DNA from: Fistulifera solaris
Taxonomy: Eukaryota
Direction: 5' to 3'
Length of the DNA stretch: 64,000 nucleotides
NCBI GenBank assembly: GCA_030295235.1
Contig: AP026128.1
Coordinates: 868,001 to 932,000, forward strand
The number at the start of each line of letters is the position of its first letter. The first letter of the stretch is position 1. Shown piece after piece: positions 21,906 through 35,005 of the stretch. The notes under the pieces were generated by a model, which was not told the DNA's origin, made no database searches, and saw only the letters and a list, made by a program, of their open reading frames with translations. A program made the translations under genes and the position numbers.

Positions 21906-24900
21906 ATGTTTATCACAGAAAAGTTGTTTGGTAGTCGCAGGACTGACGAAGAGGATGGTACAGCGAATGGTTTCTTTATTCAAACGCAATTATTACCACT
22001 TCTGATACAGTTGCAAAAGGAAACGCGAGGACGTCGGTTTCGAGTGAGTAGATCATCGTAAATATTTTGTTATGCTCTGTTAACGCTCGTTATTCTCACT
22101 TTTGACCTCCCTCTTGTAAACAGGAGATCCAAGCGCCACTGCAAGAAGCACTGACGGCTTTGCTGGCCTTTCAAAGTGAGGAATGGCCTCCCAAAAAACA
22201 GAATCAATCATCGGATGATAAACGACAAATAGACGAGGATGCTATCGAAGTTTCGACTACAGCAACTGACGTGAGCGAGGTATCCGAGGCTTCAGTTGAA
22301 GAGGAACCTTCTTCAGTCAAATCCGTAGAACAGAGTGCGCCAGACGACGACTTGCAAACCAAAGAACCCATGCACGAATCAGTCATTGCCGTCTGTGAGG
22401 CACTTATGTCCGTCGTGACACATCCGTCCCGAACACCCACTGTTTGTGAATTGGCTTTGGATGGAATCACACGACTGGTCAATAAAGGGTATGTTTCCGG
22501 TCGAGCGGGGAGTTCGCGAGACGAGGCTTCCGAACAGTCGTTGCTTCATCGGATTTTTGGAGAGTGTCACAAAATGCAACGAAATGACAGCAACAGTCGT
22601 TCAAGCAGCAGTTCTTTCGACGCTTCGAGCCATTTTGACGTCCCCGAAATGTGGTGTGCATGAAAACGCGTTGCTGATGGTGTTAAGAACTACTTTTCAT
22701 GTGTATCTCGTTGTTACTGATGACGCCAATAAAGAAATGGCGAGAGAAACACTGCAGGATATACTTAGAGTTGCTTTTACACGAATGGAAGAATTTGATC
22801 AAAAATATCAGGGATGGAAATCTGAGCAACACGTTGATCCAGTATCGAAAGATGAGGTTGTCGAAGCGGACGGTGTGACTTCCCAAAGTAAAGCGACAGA
22901 GCTCGTATCCGGTCAGGGAAGAAAAGGAGGGCGCCCTCCCTGATTCAGCCGCGTTCCCTTCACAATATCATAGTGATTGCTACGCTTTGTTTCGAATACT
23001 GTGCAAAATGAGTTCAAAAGAACTTCCTGCGGATACTGCTGACGAACCTGACCGGGCTCGACTTCTATTCGTTTCTTCACAAACTCAAACCGATCCTTTG
23101 GCACTGAACAGCAAAATCTTGGCCTTGGAGTGCATTCTTGTTGCCTTGGAATCGCATTGCGGACCAGCTTTTTGCCAGAGCGATCGATTCGGCCATCTGG
23201 TTCAGCACTACCTTTGCGTCTCGTTGCTCAAGAACTGCGTTTCCCACCACACGCAAATTGCATTCGTGTCGCAGAAGATCTTTGTTGTCTTGGTAAGATT
23301 CGTCTGCGTGCTTATGTGCTTATCAATGGGCGTTCTCACTTTCCTTCCTTCCGCTTTCTTAGATTCACAAATTCAGAGGCCAGTTAAAAGAAGAAATAGC
23401 GGTATTTCTTTCCAACGTATTTTTGCGGGTACTCGATTCCCCAAACATGTCATTCAAACAAAAGGCTGTTGTGTTGGAGTCACTACGTGGCCTTTGTGGG
23501 AACCCATTCTTACTGACCCAAATCTTTCTTCATTACGATTGTGATTTCGATGCCCCGAACCTCTATAAAGATATTGTACATTCGTTGACCAAATTGGGAG
23601 GAAAGGCGACAGCGTCTACTCCTCCAGTGAATAAGAAAGAGGCTGAACAGGAGTTTGAACTCAGCCTTGCTGGTATGGAAGTACTCGTTACAATTCTCAA
23701 GGCGTTCTTGCAAGCTCTAGGATTAAATGTAGACGGCGAAGAAGACGCGGACGATTTGGCAGGTGGGAAAATCCGTGAAATGCTAAACTTGAATGTGAAG
23801 TTGGATAGTCAAAACAACAATTCAAGCAATGGTCATAAGCAGACATCAGATGAGAGCGTCGCGTCGAGTGATATGCCTTCTCAGCCTGCATTTCCGAAAG
23901 CAGCGAAAGCGGTAGAAACCGAAACCAGCGCCGAAGGTGCTGGTCGAATCGTAGATGCGTTTGAGACCAAGCGAAAAGCGGAGCAAAATTTTGAGATTGG
24001 AGCGGTGAAATTCAACTTGTCTTTGAAGAACGGTTTGTTGTTTTTCATCGAGAACAATTTTGTTGAATTAGATGCTCGCGCCATTGCGCGCTTCTTCCTC
24101 GTTAATAGAGATAAGCTCGACAAGACACAAATGGGCGAAGCGCTAGGACGCGAACCTGATGCTGCTTTTGTAAAAGAAGAAGGTATCGATCCAGATAAAG
24201 GCGGGCCTGGATTTTGGCTTCGCATCCTTCATCATTACGTGGACGCTCAGGAATTTACTGGACTTATGTTCGACGATGCAATCCGGTCATTCCTTTCAGG
24301 CTTTCGACTACCTGGAGAGGCCCAGAAGATAGATCGCATCATGGAGAAATTTGCAGAAAGGTTCACAGCACAGAACCCTGAAATATTTCCTTCTGCTGAT
24401 ACGGCGTTCATTCTTGCGTTTTCCGTGATAATGCTGAACACTGACCTTCACAACCCAAGCATCAAGCCGGAAAAAGAATGACGGCCGATTCTTTTGTGAA
24501 GAACAACAGAGGCATCGGAGAGAACGGAAGCGATTTGCCGGAAGACTTCCTAAAGGGAATATTTGAACGGATCAAAGATAGACCATTTAGTCTGAAGGAG
24601 GATGATTTGGCAAGAGAACGTGCTGGAATTCAGACTCCAAGACAAATTTTTGACGCATCCGCATTTTTGACGGTTCTGCTCTTTTTGGTGCTGCCGATAC
24701 CGAGGAGAAGAAGCGGGAAAGATTCAAACAGGAACGAGATGAAATGATGGCCGCTACTCAAAAGCTTATTCGTCAGAGACCAGCTACATCGGAAAAATCT
24801 TCTTTGGATGCATCCAAGCTGACGGACTCTATCCCTCCTGGCGATGTTATTAAGCCCATGTTTGATGTTACGTGGGGCCCGATGATAGGTATCTTATCGC

Positions 24901-27900
24901 AAGTCCTCGAGTGTACAGACGACGAGCGCATGGTCTCAGTCTGCCTCCACGGATTTCAATACGCAGTCAAGCTGGCGTCCCCAAATCACATGTCTCTTAC
25001 ACGTGACACTTTTGTGTCTTCTCTGGCTAAGTTTACGTTTCTTGGCTCGATCAAAGAAATGAAGCAGAAAAATGTCGAGAGTATTCGCACGCTATTGGAG
25101 ATTGCGATATCAGATGGCGAGCACCTCGGTGATAGTTGGGGATCTGTGTTACGATGCATATCTCAACTAGCTAGACTTCGATTGAGTGCGTCTGGGCTTG
25201 ATTCAGACGAATCATTTTTGATAGAAAAGGATAAATTCAAGCCTAGCCCTACTGCCCCTAAGATGGGCGGCTTTTTTCGTTCAAGTTCTTCACGAAGCCA
25301 GCAATTCAAAATCGATTCAGCGAGAGAGACCGAAGAAATGAACGGACGGGCGGTTCTCGAATCAATACAGGAAGTGCTCATCGACAAAGTATTCTCATCA
25401 ACTGTGAATTTGTCAGCTCGAAGCTTGGCACATTTCATATCACAGTTAATTACTGTCTCTTCCACCGAAATCGATCGCTCATCGCATAGAAGTATTGCGG
25501 GCGTTGAATCTCTCAGTGGTACAACAGCAATATCAGACGCAAGTAGGAGAGGCAAAGGGGATGGACCAAGCATCTTCTCTCTTCAGAGACTTGTCGATGT
25601 AGCCGATTACAACATGGACGTTCGACCCAGACTGGTCTGGACTCAGATATGGGAGTTGATGGCCGACTATTTTGCCCAGAACGCTTGTCACTCGAATGCA
25701 ATGGTGAGCGTTTTCGCGATCGATTCCTTAAAGCAATTGAGCTTCAAGTTTTTAGACAAGCCGGAGCTCTCCGAATTCAACTTCCAGCGTCTTTTCCTTA
25801 ACCCTTTCTTGGTGGTGATGGAGAACAAAAACAGCAGAGAAGATATCCGTGATTTGGTTCTGCAGTGTGTCGACAACATCATCCGTACCAAGGCGTGTAA
25901 TCTTAGAAGCGGCTGGAAGGTCATTTTTTCAATTCTCACATGCTCCGCAAACGACCCAAGCGAGAAAATTGAAACCCTCGGAATTGCAATACTCCAGCGG
26001 TTACTGGACGAGCACTTAGACGATGTGTTCAGAGTTGAAGGAGGAACAGACGCTTCGCAGGAAAATGCGGACCTTACTATTACCGAGAAACGAAATAGAA
26101 ATGTTCACACAGAAGATTTTGTAAATCTATGCAAGACATCTCTCTCATTTGTGATAAAGGAAGAGTTCGACTTACCGCGTCCAGTTGGGCTGTCTATGAG
26201 GGCCCTTTGTCACACTGCCATCTACGCCGACTTACTGGCTGCACGTCGTGTTTTGCCCCCGGAAACGAGTATTCAGGTAAGTAATTATTAAGAACATCGA
26301 CTCACAGTTGTTGATTCACAGTCCTGTCTCACTTCATCGCTTATTTTTCAGTTCGACAACGAAGCAGGTCATGGCTTTACTTATTCAGGACTTTCACAAA
26401 AAGAAGCATCGGAAATGGTGTTGTGGCGTCCAATTTTCGACGGTCTTGCGAAAGGGGTTCAGATACTGGCTCGTGGAGACGAGGGTGGTGTCGGGTGTCT
26501 TATTGCCCGGTCTAGTTTGCTGGCTATCAGAGCAATCTTGTTGAGGCATCATGAGATCTTTACTGCTAGTCAGCTCTCCGTGATTCTCGATCAAACAATA
26601 ATTCCGTGCTTTGAGGCCGCTGTTGAGAACGATAAATCGCATGTCAGCAGAATAATATCAGAATCACCTACAGTTTCTAACGTGGATTTCGTTGAAACAC
26701 CTTTACCACCCCCACCTCCCGTTGACGACCCTAAATTATCTTTGTTCGAAGAAATGACGTCTCAGAAACGCAAATTAGGACCTGCAGAACTCATGCTAGA
26801 AGCAAGCTTTACGGATTTGCGGCATGGTGGGGACGGAGATCTTCGTTATGCTTACGAACTCGCCAAGAGAGACGATGTCGCTAGTATTGAAAACAGCGTA
26901 CAACCGTTCCCGGATAGTTGGATCGCAACAACTGCTGTCTTCGCCCTGGGACTTTTGACGGATATTACTTCTCTCATCCTGACAGAAATGTCGGCTTCGG
27001 ACATAGAAAAGATTTGGCCGATCATTGCCCAGGTTTACAAACTGTGGTTTATAGGAAAGCAATCGCCACAAAGATGGCACCCTTGTGAGGCTCTCGTCCG
27101 CATCTCGTGTCAGGAAATTGGGAGATTGTCCGAGCGGATACTTGACAAGGGAGAAAGCAAAATCTGGATGTCTCTACTTTCTTCCATTTACTACGACCTT
27201 TTGAAGGAAAGCCGAACAAGTCAAGTTAATGGGCATCGAGATTTGCTGACTAGGAAGGAAGCAGTTGTTGCGAGACCTGTCATGCCAAGATTGGCGGGAC
27301 AGTTATCGAGCAGCGTCGGGTCAGAGATCGAAACGGTGTATGGCATCGGAGAAATTGTAGAATTACGACAAAACGAGACGGACAAAGACCTAGAAATTCT
27401 CGTTATCACTCTGCAGTGGAATGCGACACTTTTCTTTACAAGAGAGCGCAACGAGGATTCTAACGATAGAGAATCTTTGGGGACAGAGCAAGGTACGTCA
27501 TTCATCTTTCGTATGGACCAAACATTTACTCGATCTGACGCAATTTCCTTCAGCACCACCTATGGCTTACTATGAGGCAACAGTGCCTTTTCTGAAAGTC
27601 CGATGCATTGGTGCATTTTGTTTGAATCAGTCGATTCTTTCGACGCTCCCCTTTTGATCCCAAAGTCGACAGACCGCGAACTTGTGTCGTCCCTGCTGCA
27701 AGGTGTGCTAGAATCTCGCAACGTGGCTGCTGACTTGTCCGCCGATGAAAATATTGCCACTGCTTTCCAAGAGTCTTTGGTCAGCGATTGGGGCGACGGT
27801 GTTGCCATGCCCGATGTCGAATCTGCCGCGCGAGAGTCGCTGCACCACGGGAGTGCGGTGTTCTTTCTCGCGCAGGAAGCTGTCGCTGCCAAAGCAGCAG

Positions 27901-28297
27901 TTCAACTTCTTTCCATGCTGTATGTATGTCCCGGCATCGAAAATGGTTGGTCCAAGCCTGACTTTGCCGAACCGTTTTTATTGGAATTTTCCAAGATACC
28001 ATGAAAAAGTTTTTAGATTCCGAATACTCTCAAGGCCATCTGGTGGACCCAAATGCTTGGCGATATGCCGGTGAGCGCAGTGGAAAGCCAGCCCTGTACT
28101 GCACCTATTTCGTTCCCGTCATCAAGGAGCTACTAAAGATGGTCAACGACATGTCGATGGAGCAACTTGAACGTCACAAACAAATCTATTATACCACGTT
28201 ATGTAAACTGATCCGCGTCCGAAGCGAGGATATTCGTTTTTTGGTCCAAGGAATATTTGAAACAAAGATAGCACCAATGATTGGCGCTACTCTGTAA
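21906..28297 (+). CDS. Large Sec7-domain ARF guanine-nucleotide exchange factor, BIG type (multi-exon; several apparent frameshifts)
   Basis: DCB/HUS region 'FLHYDCDFDAPNLY'; Sec7 motifs 'FRLPGEAQKIDRIMEKFAERF' and 'AFILAFSVIMLNTDLHNP'; HDS region 'FSLQRLVDVADYNMDVRPRLVW' and 'LRSGWKVIF'. Introns at 22044-22123 and about 23293-23361, 26277-26351 and 27493-27553. Confidence 0.92.
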
Positions 28298-28929
28298 CAT
28301 AGACAGTAAATTCGAATAAATGAAGCCTTGTTAATTAAAGCTCAACCCAATGTTCGAAGCAGTCATAATCGTTTCGAGTTTTGAAAAATGATCCAATGCA
28401 TTTCAACAAGAGCGACTAACTTTTTCTTTACAGTTTACTGTGATTTATTTATTCACCCCTTAGCTTATCTTCACCCCTTTAGCTTTCCAGCTATTTTCCT
28501 TGGATCTGGCTCGCTTTCAAATGTCGCATACGACATATTCCACCACACTATTGCGTATTGGTACTCATGATGTCTAAGCACTAAACGTGATTACTTAAGG
28601 GAGGTTTAGCGTGTGACGAACGGTATCGTACATCGTACTAAATAAATCGAACATCGTCTTGTGTCCAAACATTTAGCTCTGAGCAAAATTGTACAACGGC
28701 TCTTGTTCAGTGGAACGAACAAGGCGTAAAACGAAAGTGACTCAAAACAGGTGACCAGTCCAATGCTTTTGTTTTCACATCATCAACTTCATTCAAGACC
28801 ACTCTTTCATTTATGTTAAAGTGCTTGCGCATGGGAAAACAGAAAGTTGGCTTTACTATCGACCCTTATCACGGCTTTGTTTTTTGTTTTGTTGTCTTTG
28901 TGGGAGTCGTTAGCAATACGGATTTGACC

Positions 28930-30241
28930 ATGACTGTTTTTGAGTTTAGTAATAATATTCGTATTGATTTAGAAGACTATCCACCCGCACCGGTGACATG
29001 GTTGACTGCTACAGTTGACACGGTTTGTTCTTTATTGCCATGTAATGACTGGAGAGAATCATTTGGAGTGCAAGACGACCCGTGGCTCTCTATGAGAGTG
29101 CCTTCTCTGAAAGAAGCGAGGCCAGAACTCTTGTCGTATTCGCAATTTTGTCACGACACGGGCCTCCCCCAAACATCCGCTTCTTCACTTTATCAATATG
29201 CCTTTGAAACGCCTTCGACGACACTGGGAGATCTGGGAAATCAATCGGCACTTTTGGCTACTCTAGCGGTTCTGATTGTATTGAGACTCGTAAAATCGGT
29301 CTTGTTGCCGTTATTCAGCTCCTACGGACGTAAAGCTGGGAGACTCACACACGGTGTTCAGTGGGAGAAAGATAACGAAGAAAGGATTCAAAAATTTGGG
29401 GAATATGTTTATCGACTTCTGTTCCACTCGGTGATTTCTATTTTCGGAATCCTTTACTTCCGAGATACCGAATGGTGGCGCCGCGAAGGATTCAACTTTG
29501 TCGGTACAAAGTCTCTATTTGAGAATTATCCAGAGCAGTCCATTGCGCCGAGTCTGGCATGGTATTACATTGTTCAAGCCGCATACAACGCAGACGCCAT
29601 GATTTCGCTACTCGAAATCAGCTTTGACGTGCAATTCCAGAATCCGTTCGCCAAGTCCAAGTCCAAGTCCAAGTTTCAATCACCGGTCGCATTCCGGTGG
29701 AGCAAAAATGTGCGCGGAGACTTTTCAGAAATGTTCGTGCATCATATTGTGACCAACGCGCTTTGTTTCGGTAGCTCCATCTGTCGATTGAATCGCACGG
29801 GCAGTATGGTGTTCCTACTTCATGATGTTTCAGATGTGCCTGTCGATCTCAGTAAGCTTGCAAACTTTTTGAAATGGAAGGTGACCACCGTGGTCTTCTT
29901 TGCAACCATGACACTGACATGGATGGTAACTCGACTCTACCTCCTTCCCTTTGTCATCTTTTCGGCTGCGTTACGTTACTCCCACTACACTATGCAAACC
30001 GGAATGGACCCCATGCTTTGGGTGTGTTATCGTCACTTTTTCTATGTCATGTTATCGGTTCTCATTCTCCTTCATCTTTCCTGGTTCACCATGTTCATTC
30101 GCATGTTCCTTACGCTTGTTACAAAAAATGAGTGCCACGACTACTCAGAGCATAAGAACGGCGAACAGAGCCACCCTCAACGCTAGTACAACGAATGGGT
30201 CGAGCGTCGGGGTGAAGAACGGAAAGAAGAAAACGAGCTAA
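28930..30241 (+). CDS. Ceramide synthase (LAG1/TLC family)
   Basis: Lag1 motif 'RGDFSEMFVHHIVT...VFLLHDVSDVPVDLSKLANF'. The ORF stops at 30186, but the adjacent frame ends in the ER-retrieval-like 'KKKTS' at 30241, suggesting a terminal frameshift error. Confidence 0.88.
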
Positions 30242-30344
30242 CCTACTTGAAAATAATAATCAACGTAAATTTCTCTATTGTACACCAATTTTGTAGTCTA
30301 ATTGTCGGGGACAAAACGTCGAGAACCGTCATGTCTATTGTATT

Positions 30345-32504
30345 TCAAAGTTTACGGCTCCGATCCTGCTGAATTAATTTTGCTGCTCGACTTGCCACAA
30401 CGCAGATGGTGCTATGAGTGTTACCACTCGGGACAAAAGGGATGATTCCGCCATCTACAATACGCAATCCGGTGACACCGCGAACACGTAGACGCCCGTC
30501 GACAACGGCATTCGGATCATCCGAAGCCCCCATCTTGGTTGAACCAACCCAGTGGGCGTTCGGAAGATGATTTTCGTGCACATGCCTCAGCAGGTTCTCT
30601 CCAGTCACATGCGCTCCAGGATATGTTTCCGTTCCGGTGTGTAAAGACAACGGCGCCGTCGATTGAATGCGACGGACCTGCTCCATTCCCCAAACCAGTC
30701 GTTGTATATCTCGACTAGATAAGTACTCTTTCCGTTCGACAGGCAGATCAATGACAGGGAGCTTGAATCCTTCGAGAGACAAGCGCTCAATGGTATTCTC
30801 CGACTGACTTGGCACATCATAAGCTACTTCCTCAATGTCATTGAACGGATGATTATCGCGTGATGTATTCCTTGTAGCCGGTTCACTACTAGCATGAACC
30901 TGATAGCGTGCATCAGGACTAAGAAGTGCAACAGTCACCAACATTGTACTAGCACGCAACTTCTTTAATTCCATGTGATTGGCGTAACGAAGAATGTGAG
31001 GCTCTGTAAGCCGCGGGAAAAGAGTAAGTTGGATGTCGGGCGTTTCGTCTGTCGCCCAAGGAGACCGCAAGAAACCACCAGCAGAAAACCCAGCCGAGCC
31101 AAGCGTCCCCAATTTTTCGGAGAGAAGAAGTCTGTCATTCTCTGATATCTTTGTCACATTCGCGCCCAGGTTGGTTAGTTCCTGGACCGCCACTAAATAA
31201 TCTTCCAGTTCGTCGCCGATCGTATAGATCGACGTCGCTTCCATGGCTAGCTCAGGATGGATAGCAAAGGACAAACCAACAACGGGATGATCTTGAAGAT
31301 TTTTTCCTACACCAGGAAGGTCAAGCGCTTTCCCGTTTGGTCCGATTCCTGAGTTCACCAAAATCTGAGGCGTCATGATAGCTCCCGACGACAAGATGAC
31401 TTCAGCATGGGTTATATCAGTGAGCATATATTTTCGGACGTTCCCCATTTCGGTTAACAATTCGACACCGCATGCACGTAATCCAAGCGGACCATTTCCA
31501 AATAAGACCCGTGTCACTGTCAATCCAGTTCGAATCACAAGATTAGCCGGTGGCTTTCTTCGTCCTAACAGAGCCTGCGCAACGGAATCACGTACACCGT
31601 CCTTAATGTTAAACTCGTAGTAACCCATTCCCAGGCGTTCTTCACCGCTGTTGAAGCCTTTCAATAAAATAGGCCAGCCCGTTCGGTTAGCAGCTTCCAA
31701 AAAGAGAGGAGTAATAGCGTCCACGACTTCCGCCGTTGGATAAGCAGTCGCTATAGGTCCCTCTGAGCCCCTGCCTTCGACCTTCCCCATCTTTGCTTCG
31801 AAGTCTTCCAATTGAATGTATTCCTCCAAAGCAGTTTCCCATGTCCATTCAGACACGTTCCAGGCTTCAATATCTTGTCGTAAGGCACGCACATTGATCA
31901 TGGCATTGTGCAAACCACTGCCTCCTAAGCCGCGCCCTAACAAAGTTTTTTCAATAGGCCAGTGATGCCCCGACGCAAACGGCATGGGAAGAGCTTGCTG
32001 TCGATCTCTAGCACTTGCCACACCGCTCCAAAAGAGCGGTATATCCATAAAATTTAAGTTTTTATCGTTGAGAACGGCAGCTTGACTCGCGGTTCCCGAT
32101 TCAATGAGAACCAGCCGTAAATCGGGAAAGGCTTCCGCGAGTTTGGTTGCGACCAGAATCCCGGCCGGCCCTCCACCGACAATGATGTAGTCAAAGTAAC
32201 TCGTTGTAGTAGAAAGTGACGTGGGTGGACGATGGAAGAGAAAGGAGTGCAGTAAGACGCTCAAAGTGATGACAACAAATATTGTGCCCAACCACAACAT
32301 CCAATGCAATGACCACTTTCCTCCTTTGTGACCCGGATTTTCTCCCTTTAGAAGCGGGCTACTGTCTTGCTGCTCGATGGCTTCAAAAGGAGCTTTCTGA
32401 AGGGGAGTAGATTGATGCTGATACGATCCATTTGGCTCGTCGTCTAAATCGTATTGCGTTCGGGGATACGTCGTGTCGTCGTTGCGATCTTCGATTAAGC
32501 TCAT
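30345..32504 (-). CDS. GMC oxidoreductase (choline dehydrogenase-like) with N-terminal membrane anchor
   Basis: FAD-binding 'DYIIVGGGPAG', 'GRGLGGSGLHNAMI', 'PGVGKNLQDHP', 'HWVGSTKMG' and 'LRVRGVTGLRIVDG'. Confidence 0.9.
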   Translation of the reverse strand: MSLIEDRNDDTTYPRTQYDLDDEPNGSYQHQSTPLQKAPFEAIEQQDSSPLLKGENPGHKGGKWSLHWMLWLGTIFVVITLSVLLHSFLFHRPPTSLSTTTSYFDYIIVGGGPAGILVATKLAEAFPDLRLVLIESGTASQAAVLNDKNLNFMDIPLFWSGVASARDRQQALPMPFASGHHWPIEKTLLGRGLGGSGLHNAMINVRALRQDIEAWNVSEWTWETALEEYIQLEDFEAKMGKVEGRGSEGPIATAYPTAEVVDAITPLFLEAANRTGWPILLKGFNSGEERLGMGYYEFNIKDGVRDSVAQALLGRRKPPANLVIRTGLTVTRVLFGNGPLGLRACGVELLTEMGNVRKYMLTDITHAEVILSSGAIMTPQILVNSGIGPNGKALDLPGVGKNLQDHPVVGLSFAIHPELAMEATSIYTIGDELEDYLVAVQELTNLGANVTKISENDRLLLSEKLGTLGSAGFSAGGFLRSPWATDETPDIQLTLFPRLTEPHILRYANHMELKKLRASTMLVTVALLSPDARYQVHASSEPATRNTSRDNHPFNDIEEVAYDVPSQSENTIERLSLEGFKLPVIDLPVERKEYLSSRDIQRLVWGMEQVRRIQSTAPLSLHTGTETYPGAHVTGENLLRHVHENHLPNAHWVGSTKMGASDDPNAVVDGRLRVRGVTGLRIVDGGIIPFVPSGNTHSTICVVASRAAKLIQQDRSRKL

Positions 32505-33059
32505 TCGATTGCCGTGTGTATCATATCAGGGTCGCAGTCTGCAATTGATAAACGATGCTTATGAAGTTTTGGGCACGCTAAATCAAAGAGGAAGGAACGA
32601 AAACAAACTAAAGACAATAACGGAGCTCACATGAAAGATAATAATGCGAAAAAGATTGCATAGAAAAAGATCGAAAACACAAATGAGCCGTCATCTATGT
32701 CTTTGCCTTACATAATACTTCATAGTTTGGTGCTGGTGAGACATTCTCTGCGGTGGTCACGTTTACCATGTTTTCGCTAGGATGACCCCTCATTAGTCCC
32801 TCTTAGATTCTACAGGATTCTACCTCACTCCCCACGCGACCTCCCTAAAAAGTGCCCCAGAAACGGTTAAAACACTTGAAGATATGACATAGCTGGAATC
32901 ATTCCATGCTCCGCGATACAACACCATTACATTGAACCGAACGTATCTTTTTGCAATAAAGGACGCCTATTCATAACGCAACTTAATCTTTTTGATAATA
33001 AAAAGAGTGTTTTTGCATGCTCTATTCTGATTGATTCTCTCTATAATTAACTCTTTTGT

Positions 33060-34263
33060 TTATGCGGTAAATCCAACATGTGTTGCTTGCCAAGCGTGAG
33101 CGTCGCGAACAGTCTTTCGTTCCGGGTAGTCTTTCTCCGCTTTCTTCCAGCCTCCACCTCTCTCCCTTCCTCCCGGAACATAGTCACCAAACATTTTCGA
33201 GACTTGTAGTGGATCGAAATTCTGTGCCTGAACGCTACCAAAAACATGCCATGAAGGCTTTGTGGCCAGTTTGAGACTCTTTCTGTTCGAGTGTTCGGCA
33301 GCGCGGTATACATATTTTATTTGCCAAACATCGTCAAACGTGCGTCCTTTGTAATCCAGCTGTAAAAGAATGAAGCCAAGAACGGTTAATTGTATAGGGT
33401 GAGGAAAGGAAGACCAGATATGACTCAGATTGATAAACGCAAAGAACACTTACTGGGCACCCTTCAAAAGGACCGCAACCCAACTTCCGGGCTAGATGAG
33501 CTATTTCCGAATGTTTCCAAGAAATGACCGTCAGCTTGCCGCACATTTGACCCGACTGCAAGAACGTAAGGATCTCGTTGGTCATTTCCACTGCACGGTG
33601 AACAGGGTATGAATCATCAATGGTGACACCGGCTTTGGTTGCCAGTGGCTCTACGGTTTCGATTTCACGAAAGTTCATCTTGCGTGCATTGTCACGACCT
33701 GAGGGACTCAAGGCAAAAATGTAACTCGGCATGGGCCACCGATCGTTCTTTTCATCACCGAATAAAGAAGCAAGAAAGACGGAGCGTTCAAATCCTTCGT
33801 ACGAGCAATGCTCTCGGATATCTCCTTTTTCACAGTGACGAACGATCATCACGGTTGCCTCGCAGCCATCAGCAACCGGCATGTAATGTGTTTGTCCGTG
33901 ATCGTCTGTTATTTTCCTTGCATACTTGTTTTTCGGGTCAAAGTCTATCAGACGGGCGGCGCGGAATGAATCTGCAATCCTCTGCGCTTCTCGGATGTTT
34001 TTCGTCGTTTCGACAGTCAGAGTGAGACCGTGCGTCTCTGCTATGTCGCGTTCACGTTCGGTAGGCCAGTATTCAACGAATTTTGTCACCGTGGAGACAA
34101 CCCACATGCAGCAGCAGCATAACAGAGAAAAAGCCAATGCCCATCGAAAGGAAACTCGGATGGCGCGAATGTTTTTGCGCCCTGAAACGAGCTCCGATGT
34201 TTCGTCTTGCTGATCGCCATCTTCCGCAAGGTCAATGCGAGACTTCTGGTAAGGTTGATACAT
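33060..34263 (-). CDS. Membrane-anchored histidine-phosphatase (PGM-like) superfamily protein (intron 33360-33453)
   Basis: One TM helix; 'VMIVRHCEK' (RHG-like), 'REIETVEPLA' and 'VISWKHSEI'; the spliced C-terminus reads 'DYKGRTFDDVWQIKY'. Confidence 0.7.
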
Positions 34264-35005
34264 GTTGAATGTTTTCTACGCTTTATATGAGTGAATAAAT
34301 GACAAAATGAATGAAAGCTCCTCCGCGTTTGTTCACTTCTTCGTCTCCCACCTCCCACGTGGTTCACGTCACGGAGGCTGTCCTTTTTTGAATCTTTGGA
34401 ATTCGCCACCGTGGAGTACTGAAGGTTTTATACGTGGTGACATCCAGTGTCTTATGAATTGTAGGACCCCACGCGAGCCCCTCTTCAGTTTACTTTATAA
34501 CCTATATCGAAATTGACACTACTTTCAAATGTAGGTTCAGCGTAGATTGATTACCGGATGAGCGGAGATAACAGACAACACGAACATTCGTGATTTACAA
34601 GTCAGTCGTGAAGGCTCAAACGTCATTCCCTTTCAATAATATCTACTGTAAAGACTTTGACCAATCTTTCATTGTTTTCACATTGTAAAGGGAAAACGTT
34701 TGAGGTCGAATGGAAAACCAAGACCTCTAGAGAGCAATTATGACTGAATTATAATGGTCGGCGTTTCTCCTCGAGGAGGAGTCAGTCGTGTGTAGAAAAA
34801 CTGCGCATCACGCAAATAACTGGCACTTGAGTGTCGTACAGCGACCCGCTTGCCAATCGGCGTCACAAAATTATGAATGGCGTCAACTGCAAGTGCAACA
34901 ATAATTTGCAACCAACAAACCATCACAACCATCAAGAACCACAGAACAGACACGATCTTGACGTGATATACGACTATTAACGCTCTTTCTGTGTAGAATA
35001 GAATC